DNA of 63,010 bases, counting the filler, from Welwitschia mirabilis (Eukaryota): the NCBI GenBank assembly GCA_051453625.1. It is 4 parts of one record of this genome, joined end to end, with 100 filler letters (N's around TTAATTAATTAA, not from the genome) between each part and the next. Parts side by side here need not be neighbours in the genome. Positions count along the whole stretch, not along the records: positions 33,049 to 54,536 come from JBOZIK010000001.1; positions 54,637 to 63,010 come from JBOZIK010000001.1; 2 more parts are not named here. The stretch is one strand, 5' to 3'. Of the stretch, positions 52,722 through 63,010 are shown in pieces. The notes under the pieces are model-generated. The model made no database searches and was not told the DNA's origin. It was given only the letters and a program-made list of their open reading frames with translations. Position 1 is the first letter of the stretch, and every line of letters begins with the position of its first letter. The translations under genes were made by a program, and so were the position numbers.

Positions 52722-54536
52722 CAGTGATTAAAAATGTGCGACATGTCGCCTTCAGTTTTAAAATTGCTGCATGTCGGCCGACTTTTTCGACCGACTTTTT
52801 CAAAAAGTCGGCGTCATGTCGCCATGCAAAAAGTCGGTGATATGTCGCCGACTTTTTTGAAAAAGTCGCACACCCATGCACATTAAAAACCCCTTTTCGC
52901 GTGAAAGTAACAGAGTTTTTTCCCCGTGAAAGTGCGAAACAGCAGAGTTTCTGGCGGCGCGAACAGGAGGAGGAACCGAGCGATTTCTCAGAGGATCTTG
53001 AGTATTAACAAACGCAAGAGACTCCTTTTCTAGCACCAAAAGCAGGGAACTTGTTTGGAAACTTCTAGCACAAGCACAGGAGGTAAAGATTTTAAATATT
53101 TTGATCCTCACTCTTCAATATATCTTGCTAAATATGTGATGTCCAAGAGGCAAGAACTGCGCTATTGTCACCTCCTCTTCAATTTATATTTCTGAAACGT
53201 CTTCTATGCATTATTGTCCCTGCATTCTACCCTTACTTGCATGACGTTTCCCCTTCTGTGTGGTGCACTTCTTCTCCATGGTACTCTTCTGGTTTTGTGT
53301 GACATTCCCTTGCTTGTAATTGTATGGTGTGCTAACTAGTGCTTCTTCCTTCTTTCCTCAAATGGAGTCCTTGTTTTGCTAGAATTATTACTTCAAGAAA
53401 AACCAAATCAAATGCTTGAAAATTTTCATGAGTGAGTTTTTATCAATGGAAACCTAGCAAATAGCCAAATACTAAACCGCACTATCTTAAAATACTCTTT
53501 CTATGTATATAATTCACTGTTTTAAAACACTTTTCATTTGATGCTTTTTGTTACTCACTTTGTGTCATTGCCTTTTAGAAACACAGACGGACAAACCCCT
53601 CTCATTACCCTACTTCTGCTTGTGTGATCTATCTTTTTTTGTTTTAGATGGTTGCGAAATGATGTCACTTATTTTCATGCTGCTCATATTCTTCTTTTAA
53701 AATGTAATTTTTAGAGGTGACTCCCATACTATGCCTTCTCTCATAAATTTTCTTGAAAATCTGCTACGCCTCTTCTTTTCCTCAATGTAGCCCCTTATAC
53801 GTGTTTTAAAAAACATGTTATTTGAAATATAAGCAAAACGCTTTAGTGCATAGTGGAAAAATGCGTCATTTGGATTAGATTTGCTTTAGCATTTAAAATA
53901 AGGAAAATGCATGTTTGATCTTAAATAAGATGCGTATAAGAAATTTAATGTTTGAAACACAATAGAATGATTGGTTATCAGGTAGAGTATAAAGGTGTTA
54001 GGTCCCAAGTTCAAATCTTTGTTTGTTCCAGAAAGGGACATGAGATCAAAGATACCAAAAAGAATAAAATGATAACAAAAAGAATTCCAGACTTAAGAAT
54101 TAAGATAGAAATCATAGAATAAAATGATACATTAATACCAAAAAGAAATTAAGACATGACAAATAAACAGGTGCCACTTATGTGTGTCTTAATATAATGT
54201 CACATGACTCAGATCCTTTTAGACTACTATTAATTGAGGCATATAAGTAAATGGAGAGTGAGACTTTTGATATTTTATGCTTGGCTGTTTTTGTTATTGA
54301 TCTGCATAAATTCTGTTTTTCTCTAGCTATATACTTAAATAGTTATAGTTGTTGTATCTTGTATGTATTAATGTATTTTTGTTTTTCGTTTGTTTATTAT
54401 ATATTTATAATTTCATTATCACAAACATATTTTTCTAATGGTTGATTTTGATGGCATGCATACAGAATTATAATTGAAAATGGTGAGGAAGAAGGACAAA
54501 GCATGGCAATGGTGCAGGCCTGGAACTAGAGCAACA
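52722..54536 (+). mobile_element. 5' end of a hAT-like DNA transposon with transposase start
   Basis: TIR CAGTGATTAAAAA after gactagcc. CpG-rich GTCG/CGAC subterminal repeats. Leader exon ends cacaggag|gtaaag (53083), acceptor tacag| at 54465. ATG at 54480 gives MVRKKDKAWQWCRPGTRAT, resembling a BED-finger start. Truncated by the spacer. Confidence 0.75.
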
Positions 54537-54636
54537 NNNNNNNNNNNNNNNNNNNNNNNNNNNNNNNNNNNNNNNNNNNNTTAATTAATTAANNNNNNNN
54601 NNNNNNNNNNNNNNNNNNNNNNNNNNNNNNNNNNNN
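54537..54636. other. Artificial scaffold spacer
   Basis: 44 N + TTAATTAATTAA + 44 N. Confidence 0.97.
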
Positions 54637-54830
54637 GTCACTAGACAATTTCATGTATAGATGCGTCAAAACTTCCAAAAACTCGCCAAATCTCACTAAG
54701 GCTCATTGAGACTCGCGAGTTTTGGGAGCTGACTCAGACTAGGCGAGTTTCTTCCCACCTGACTCGAGAGTTCAAAAAAACTCGGGACTCGGAAAGTACT
54801 CGCCTAGACCCAGAGAGTCTTGCAACAGTG
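54637..54830. mobile_element. Terminus of a hAT-like element/MITE
   Basis: Dense ACTCG/CGAGT subterminal repeats ending tgcaacagtg (reverse complement CACTGTTGCA). Confidence 0.6.
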
Positions 54831-54856
54831 GGTAAAATTCTATCAAGAGTAACCTT

Positions 54857-56270
54857 ACTCTAATACCAGTTCTAATCCCTAGAGGGAGCGGTGAATAGGT
54901 TTGACAATAAATATATAAATAAATTTTGTACCCTTAAACAAACCATCTACTTTGCATGTAAAGATCAATAGCAACTAAAACTAATGCAATGAAGAAAAAA
55001 CCAGCACACAAGAATTTGATAGTGGTTTAACAATCTGCCTACTCCACTCTTCAGGAAGAGATAAATCAATCTCCTTCCCTGGTTTCTTTCAATCTCTTTA
55101 ACTGATGATTTTCTGGTTGATCATCAACCCTTTACAACAGAGAGGATTTCTGGCTTATCATCAACCCTCTACAACACAGATGATTTCTAGCTTATCATCA
55201 ACCTTCTATAATAAGGAGTCTTTTGTNNNNNNNNNNNNNNNNNNNNNNNNNNNNNNNNNNNNNNNNNNNNNNNNNNNNNNNNNNNNNNNNNNNNNNNNNN
55301 NNNNNNNNNNNNNNNNNNNNNNNNNNGGAGTCTTTTGTTGGCTTAGACTCAACCACAATAGAAAGCAAGAAAGAGAATGCCTCAAGCACAGATTCAACAA
55401 GATATTTGTAGCAAAGAGATAAATCAAATGTTGGTTTCTATAATAGAGAATATCTAACATTGAATTACTATCAATCCATTTGCTGCCTCCAAATGTTGAG
55501 CTTTCTTCTTTTTATAGAGAACACACATTAGATAGTTGTTGGAAAATATCATATTGATAGTTCCAAGAAATCTTGAATTTATATCCTCATTTATTTGGCT
55601 GCCAATCTGGGCCTAGATCCAAGGAATATCTTCCACCAAATCAATCTTAAAGTTTGTGCCAAAACGAACTATTGAAATTGCAATAAGATCCATCGAAAAA
55701 TAGTTATTTTACAATGGTTCAGAAGTGGGGACGTCTGCACTAAGAAATCTCTTTTTGTGCAAACAGAACACACTTCTAGGGGTGGGTAAGCAATGCAGAA
55801 GCAATGGGGACATCCGCAGTGAAACAGTGGGGACATCCGCACCTATAAATAGTGCAGTCCCTCATACAAACAGGCTAAAAAGAGAGGGAACATCCGGGCT
55901 CCTTGAGTGGGGATATCCACACCTGTTAACAGCACAAATGCCATACAAATCATCTGCGAAGAGTAGGGACATCCAGGCTACTTGAGAGGGGACGTCCGTA
56001 CCTATTAACAAGCCAATCTCCCATACAATTAAACTGCAAGGAGTGGGGATGTGTGGGCCTTTTGAGGGGGGACGTTTGGGGTCCTGTTAGAACTAAATAC
56101 GCAAAAACATGAAGCAAGGAGGCCCGCCATTAAGACCAAGGCTAACCCGACAAAGATTACCAACTTTAGATCATCCATTCACCAGTCTCTGAAAGGTGGT
56201 GAGCATGCACACTTTTGCAAATGCCATCAAACTTATCACAATGCCATCATTGAAACTCATAGTTCCTACA
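54857..56270 (-). mobile_element. SIRE-like 5' LTR with PBS (same family as element B)
   Basis: PBS actctaatacca 54857-54868, U5 motif ccctagagggagcggtgaatagg, gggacgtcc/gggacatcc repeats. Start tgtaggaac.. is collinear with the LTR at 32018. Contains a ~37-bp tandem repeat at 55103-55215. Confidence 0.8.
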
Positions 56271-56399
56271 CAAAGAATGTCCTAGTTCACAGAATTAAAG
56301 AAGTTTTATTTGTTTATTGTCCAGTTCTGCTCCCCACTTTCACTTTCATCTTACCTTCACTTTCATCTTGCCTCACTCTGTAAATTTACATTATAACTA

Positions 56400-57950
56400 C
56401 CCATTCCATGGCTCCTAATTTTGCCACTTTGAACAATTTAGTGAGATGTTGGATTTCCATTGAAACATTTCCAAGTGATGATTTAACTTCACATTGAACT
56501 TCTTGTGCTTATTCCATAATTCCTCCATTTCTTATGTCACATCATGGACATCTATGGTCCCTAAACTTGTAAGAGTTACTTACTCTAAATTTTGAGGTTC
56601 TCTAATTGGTGCATAGTCAATTTCATTCTTGTTTTATGCCCTCACAACATTAAGCATCACTTCTGCATCAAAACACATTAGTGAATTTATAAAGTTATTA
56701 TTATTGTGTGGAGGGTCATTTCTTCTTTGACATCCACCATTCAACAATAGCAATTGCCTCTTAAGGCTTTGACTCACATATTTTGGCTATCTTTTCCAAA
56801 ACTTTGTTAACTGAAGGATATAGACAACTTGTCAACTATCATCCAATTATCTATGACATGTGGAATAGAGAATAGAAGCATGCTTACAAAATCATGCGTA
56901 GAAGAGATGGATTTATATAAACAAAAATATGACAACTCCTCCTTTGGATACGCCAGTAGAGATCCCATCTTAGCTCGTTCCACAATGTTCATTTGCCTCT
57001 TTCTCTCCTACTCCTCGAGCTCCTTGGTATCCTATTCCATCTGTTGCTCCCAAATAAGAAAATGTTATCCACAAATATTTTAGAAGTCTCCTCCTAATAT
57101 GCCTTATGAGCTTGTGGTGCATCATGAAATAATTGTATTCGCAAAGGAACATGAAGTGAATAAGAAAGACTTGATGATGATGGTAGCTTGTAATCTTTTC
57201 GATCTGGGATATCATTCTTTGAATAGAAGTTGCATCTATTGCCACAATTTACCCTCTATGACATCAAATATGAATTACAGAGTAGGCAAGGTTTTTGTTG
57301 ATAACCAACATTTTCGAAGGACCCCCCTTTCTTTTTGCCCTTTTCTTTTTCTTTCTTTCTCTCTTTTTTTGTTTCTTCCTATAACTAACTCCGCAAAAGC
57401 CTTGTAGGGTATACATATTCCATACAAGTTCAGGGTACACTTCCATGCATTCCTTGTTTTCGACCATGAAATCATTATCCATAAGGAAAAGAACATGATC
57501 TGTAGTAGATCTCCTCCTAATGGAAGCATGGGCTCCTTAAAAAATTGCTGAATAAGAAACTTAGCTTGCCAATGGTGATCTTCCATCCATGGTATTCAGC
57601 ATATTTGCTAGAGAGTAACAACCGATTATCCTAAAAGGAGGACCCTGCAAACTGCACCTGTACACTTTGACATTTCAGAACATTAGATAAGGAAACAGAC
57701 CCATCTTGTCTATCAACTCTCTATGTTTTGTATTCTCCAAAACCTCAGTTGCATACTTAAGCTTATGCTCCACCTTTCATAGGGCATCAGTGGGAAATCA
57801 AGCCTTTGAACACACAATTTATTCATTTCAAGCCTCTCAAGTTCTTACAACCTCCACTTTTGTTCATTTCCCCTGTGATTTAGGTCTCACCCCACATTCT
57901 CAAAGGGTATAAGACAAAGAATTTTGAGGCATCATGAGAGAATTGGCTCC
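56400..57950 (-). mobile_element. Very decayed L1-like LINE 3' region (zf-RVT / RNase H-like)
   Basis: Fragments MEDHHWQAKFL.., ..HGPCSF.. (HVLF.C region) and EAIAIVEW.. resemble a plant L1 ORF2 C-terminus. Weak. Confidence 0.4.
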
Positions 57951-59627
57951 AACAGTACAAAGAACCCAAAAAAAAAAATAGTTTGGAAAAAAAAAGATGC
58001 AGGGATTAAGTAAAAAGTGAACTTCAATAACTCCGAGGTGCAAGGAGGCCTTTTGATATTGCAATGTACTGTAATTCTTCCTCTTCCCACTTCAAATATA
58101 TAGAATCATGTACTAACTCATGGCTTTAACACTTATTAGGAAGTAGGTCTTACTGACTTCCAGCCCTGTGAAAAATGAAGTACACAAGTGATGGATGGCA
58201 ACAATAATCATTCTAAGATAGAATTACTTAATAATTGACAATAATCTGCTTGTCTGATTATTGCCATACTGCACTAACATAGACCAATATTGTAGTAATA
58301 ACATCATGGACAAAGTCGACTTGATGTAGTAGTTTAAGTCATACAAGGGGTAGGCGTGGAGTTTAGGCCAATTCCTAGTATATATATTCATATCTCTCAC
58401 ATAGTCTATATCAAATTTGAAGGACTGTGGTTCTGATACTGTGAAAAGGTCCTAGACAATAAACCTAGAACTATGAATAAAATATGGATCAAGAATTATA
58501 TTAAGGTTACTCTAAATGGCCAGAATTAGGTAATCTATTTTTTCTTAAATTACATAGTTTTTCTTAGTATTTCAAGTTCTAAAAATGTAACCACAGATTT
58601 CTCCCAGTTTCCTCGCTACAAATGTTTATGTTATTAACTATTGCCAAGCAAGAATATGCATTTTTCTATAATGCATGAAATCTTGCCTTTAAAGATTCCA
58701 TTTTTAGGTCATCCACATAGTCATGAAATTCCTTAATTCTGTGGTTTCTAGAATTACCACACTTGTAATAGTTTTTATTATTTTTGATGAAGACAACATA
58801 CCTTTGCCTTTGTAAATTGCTCTTTTGCCTTAGTTGTCATTACCCAAGGAAATCACAAGCAATCGAAATTTCAAGAATGCAAAGTGTTTGCTATTTATGC
58901 TAACTTTGAATATGAGATGGATGTGCCAAATAACAATCAAAACATTGTTTGACAACTTCAATCAGCAGCATAACAATAAAGAATAGAACTCAAAAAGCCA
59001 TGTCTTACCACCATTGCCTCTTCCGTCTTACCCATAGCCATGATTTTTAGTTGATCTACAGTAGACCAAAGGATGTTCCTAAATAACAACCAACAAAGAA
59101 ACTATAATGCAATATTGGGCCTTAACTCTCGGTCCCCAATCCTAAGATCCATAATGTAGGTCAACATAGGAAATGCTGGAAAACTTGAGCTGTTTCACCA
59201 AACCAACAGATGCAAACACAATAAATCACCTAAGCTCCTTACAAATATCAAAAACATACATGCAAGATAAATAAACCAAACAGATATCAGTATTTATAAA
59301 TATGGCATTGGGTTGGTACCACATGTGCTGCTGGTGACTTTATAAACCCCATCACATACTTCAAGAAACATCATCGCTTCAAAAGTGGATATTGAACCAA
59401 CAATCATAAATGGATCAATTATGTATTCTGCTTAGCTAGGACTAAAACTTAAGGTCTAGCACAAGCACATTAAACATGAAAAAAGATCACAAAAGATTTT
59501 TACCAATGGTTTAGTTGAACATTATCAGTCTGATGTTTAATTACCTGGGTCATAATGAACTTGCAAAAACTGAACACCATTACAAGATGTTTCATTTTGC
59601 ACAAAGGAAGACAAATCTAAAACCAAC

Positions 59628-59725
59628 CTTCTATTCTATTGATGTCTGATGGATTTATGGGTGCTGCAAGCATTTTCACACATACATCTTTTTCACCGAG
59701 ACCAACTGATGGAAAGTCAACCAAC
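59628..59725 (-). CDS. MECR: Mitochondrial trans-2-enoyl-ACP/CoA reductase, early coding exon (98 nt)
   Basis: ttttttttaatcgcag|G TTG...GAA G|gttggt encodes LVDFPSVGLGEKDVCVKMLAAPINPSDINRIE(G), with the diagnostic MECR DVCVKMLAAPINPSDINRIEG motif. Confidence 0.95.
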
Positions 59726-59879
59726 CTGCGATTAAAAAAAAAACTCAGTCAACTTTTAATCTTAATATTTGGAACAACAGCCTTAAAGGAAAATTAACAT
59801 AATATCTTTTATAAAGTTCTCACCATTCAAATGTAGTTCCATTGCATCATTGAAGAGATCGTTAGTCTCTGTACTTGCA

Positions 59880-60700
59880 TTTGACATGTGTAAGGGCCTA
59901 CAGCTTTTCCATGTCTGTTTGCCTTGTCATGGTGGATTAGTTCTTTTAAGTGTGTCTGAGAAAAGTAAAGGTTGTTGCAAGACGTACTGGATTTTATATG
60001 AGTGTAAAGGTAGGGGCTCAGGAAATCACCAATTATACAAGTGCAGGTGTGGATCTGCCTAGACCTAGCAAGTCTAAATAGGTAGGAGCCTGCAGGCCTA
60101 AGTGCTTCTACCTATGGAGATTGCAGTAACAATTGTTTCTAGCATAGGGGCCAGAATGTAATGAGTGGTAGAATGTAATGCTCAAATCCCCATTACTTTT
60201 TCTAAAGAACTCAATGGCAAGGTTTCAACTGATGTGGCATCTAGAAGATAACATAGTGGTTCTACTTATGTAAATAATACTAAAGTCAAATCTTCTCTTT
60301 TTATTTATTTCTCCTTTGATGTATTCTTTAAAAGTGGTATTCATCTTTTGTAATGATTCTATTTGAAAAAGAAAAGAGGTTGTTAAAAAGCCTTTGTATT
60401 ATCAAGCTCATCTAATTGTGAGTCAGTTAAACTAAAGGCAATATATTTAAGTGGAAGGGGTGTAAGAGAAAGCATGCAATTCAAGGAAAGAGCTTTGAGG
60501 GTTTTGGTACTGCAATCATTATTCTGTGGTGTGATGCCTTCTTAAGCTATCACGTGACAGCTTGGGTCCTTGGATTTCCAATTAATAAGAGACCTCTGCA
60601 CCATTTCTATGGAAGTAGGGTGAAAAGGGCATGAACCACATTAAATCTTGTGTCCTCTTGCTGTTTGTTTTTTTTACTGCTCAAAAGTCAAAAGATCCAA
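59880..60700 (+). mobile_element. Decayed copia RNase H / LTR fragment
   Basis: K.KVVAR..(EY) remnant near 59960; Tork-like U5 motif ggaagtaggg...gaaccacattaaatcttgtgt near 60610-60655. Confidence 0.4.
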
Positions 60701-60929
60701 TAATTAATGTTTATGATTGTTATTATCATAGAAATGTCCAAATTTTGTGATAATAATATAAAATATAAATATACACATACATATGTAATTATGTACATGT
60801 ATACGTAATCAATTATTTATAAATTTAGAATATTAACAATTAAAAATAGCCTTTTGTAACATGTTAGGAAATTATATAGCAATATGTATAAACTTACAAT
60901 TATGAGTTAGAAAAACATGTAACCCTAAG

Positions 60930-62677
60930 GGCTAGAGGAAAATTGAAAGCAGGATCATCTTCGCATGGTAAAGTTCTATTTACCATGAAAGACTAGCCAA
61001 GAATGTAGGGACAAGAAAGTTGTAATATTCAAATAATAGCATTACATCTCAAATATAATTCCTTTTCAAATTTTCAAACTTTCCTTCTATTTGTTAATAA
61101 TTAACTTGCAAATAGATTGAATAGGAGGTTTTTTTTCCACAAAACAATCTAAGAGTATGCTCTTTCCAAATCTACCATAGCAGATAGAAAGCAAATGACA
61201 AAAAGCAATATTCACCTCCTGTCTACTTGTGGGCAAATAAAAGCAATATTCACCTCCTGTCTACTTGCAGGCGAATACCATTGTTTAGTTAAGTGTTTGA
61301 CACCATTTAGAAGAACCATATGCTGCCTTGTCATCCAAAAAAACAAAATCACAAAGTTTTCTTGTCTCTTTACAATAAAGAAAAGAGTGGGTAGGATTCT
61401 TCTTCATTTTTGCGAAAGTGGTAGTGGTTTGTAATTGCCCAACCACATTTTCAAAGATCATTTGGAAAGTACTTAATTTGATCATGCTAAAAGGAAAAAA
61501 GAGTTGTGGCTTTGGGCTAATTCTCTTTTTTCCCCATCTAATCGCTTCCCTGTATGGAGGATACCTTCAAAGAGTACTGTCAACTTCTAAAGAAATAAAA
61601 TTATCTTTACCTTGCCATTTCTAATTGTCATGACTATCTGAATGCATATAATTCCTTAACCACCCTCTTAATTTTTGCAAACCATACAAAATTGCAGAGC
61701 CTCCAATAATATGTGGACCTTCAAAGAAATTTTTAGAATAATTTAAACATTGAACCTCTAACACTTAAGCACATTTTCCATTTTCCATATCTAACCACCA
61801 AATTATTTTAGCTAAGGGCGAAAGATTTAATTCATAAAGTCTTTTTAAAGCAAAACCACCTTCATTCCATGACTTGCACATAGAATCCCAACTTTTTAAA
61901 TTAATATACTTCTGACAATCAGTGATCTCCCCCAAAAGATTTCTTTCCAGCTTTCTTATGCACTTGACAACTTCTTTCAAAGTCCAAAGACAAGACATTA
62001 AGTAAATTGGTAAAGATTGAAGATAGCTTTGGATGAATTGAGCTCTTCTTGTTGGAGAAAGAAATCTATCTTTACATCCTGCTTATCTTTTTGTCATCTT
62101 ATCAAGAATGTTGCTTCATAATTCTTTCTTCACTCTTCTTGTTAAAAGAGGAATACCTACACATATTCTCCGTAAGCTCCCAATTAGCTACCAATTACAC
62201 ACCATAAGTATAATAAAAGATTAGCAAAATTTGTCGAATGCTTTTGAAAGTTCTTGTTTCCTTGTACAAAGTATCATCTACCTATTGAATATGAGTTAAA
62301 TTAAGAATACCTTCTACGACTTCAATGAATGTCAAAAGAGTTATCTATTTGAGCCTTGCAATCATTACTTCTAAAGATTTGGTAACCAAAAAAAATGATA
62401 ACAAGCTAGTCCTCATTAAATGCCATTTTTGCTATTAAAATACGCATGCAAAATCACCATTCAATATAATAAAAAGAAACGAAGTAGTATAACAAGTTTT
62501 TAATAATTTCTATCATTGTTCAGGAAGACCAAATTTTTTAGTTACTTCTTTAAGAAAATATCAATCCACTCTATCATATGCTTTGTTCATGTCAAATTTG
62601 AATGCTATATTACAGTTTTTCCCCTTATTTACCAGTAGAGTGAAAGATCTTCTAAATCAGAATTACTTGATCTAAAA
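60930..62677 (-). mobile_element. L1 LINE ORF2 remnant (RT C-terminal half)
   Basis: IAFKFDMNKAYDRVD*YFL (~62550-62610), SWDSMCKSWNEGGFALKRLYELNLSPLAKIIWW (ORF 61765-61998), zf-RVT-like ..HSFLYCKETRKL. Confidence 0.8.
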
Positions 62678-63010
62678 CAGTGATTAAAAAGGAGGCGATT
62701 AGTAGCCTCATGGGCGACTAGTAGCCCCGACTTAATGAAGCCAACTTTTTCTGAGTCTTGCTGACTTTTTCTGCCAATTAAAAGGCAACTAGTAGCCAAC
62801 TTCTTTTTGATGACTTTTGCCAACTTTTTGGCAATTTTCTACCAAAAAGTAAAAAGCTCTTTAAACTTTCAAATTGTTTTTTATTTTTTATATTTATTAT
62901 AAAATGTAAATCTAATTAGCATGGTATTTATTTCTTTATATCATAAAAATTAAATTACAAATTTTATTAATTTATAGTAGGTTATCATGTTAATTAATTC
63001 ATTGATTTAT
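62678..63010 (+). mobile_element. hAT-like element/MITE end inserted into the L1
   Basis: TIR CAGTGATTAAAAA identical to 52722, preceded by atctaaaa. Subterminal gcgactagtagcc / gccaacttttt repeats. Runs off the window. Confidence 0.7.

Noticed and set aside
54480-54830. 52722 and 54830 as two ends of one hAT element
   Set aside because: The TIRs (CAGTGATTAAAAA vs CACTGTTGCA), subterminal motifs and 8-bp flanks differ, and a spacer separates them.
55103-55215. Short regular repeats as a CRISPR-like array (also 778-880, 61200-61270)
   Set aside because: Head-to-tail tandem repeats without unique spacers, inside eukaryotic TEs.
57264-57482. YPELVWNMY resembling the env-like YP.LV..FY motif
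   Set aside because: Short isolated match; surrounding frames fit a decayed L1 3' region better.
58042-58165. Acceptor followed by GGCTGGAAGTCAGTAAGACCT, resembling MECR AGS or PVRP exon starts
   Set aside because: Wrong phase, in-frame stops and no sustained similarity.

Overview
Repeat-dense, AT-rich land-plant nuclear DNA from a gapped draft assembly. Three artificial 100-nt spacers (44 N + TTAATTAATTAA + 44 N) split it into four scaffolds: 1-25837, 25938-32948, 33049-54536 and 54637-63010. The only host coding sequence I recognise is two intact minus-strand exons of mitochondrial trans-2-enoyl-ACP/CoA reductase (MECR; 59628-59725 and 45850-45968), lying in very long TE-filled introns. 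The rest is nested, mostly decayed mobile DNA: Ty1/copia (SIRE-like with env-like ORFs, Ivana-like, Tork-like), Ty3/gypsy (an internally deleted CRM-like element, a Tekay-like solo LTR, a Tat element), L1 LINE remnants and hAT/MITE elements. Three things stand out. (1) A probable fossil endogenous pararetrovirus (Caulimoviridae-like RT-RNase H plus an unknown downstream ORF, no integrase), split by a Copia insertion. (2) A Tat element with the unusual PROT-aRH-RT-RH-INT domain order and two divergent extra 3' ORFs, one apparently spliced. (3) In scaffold 1, roughly 93-94% identical duplicates flanking 100-N gaps, suggesting interleaved haplotypes or homeologues. All alignments were made by eye; no database searches were run.
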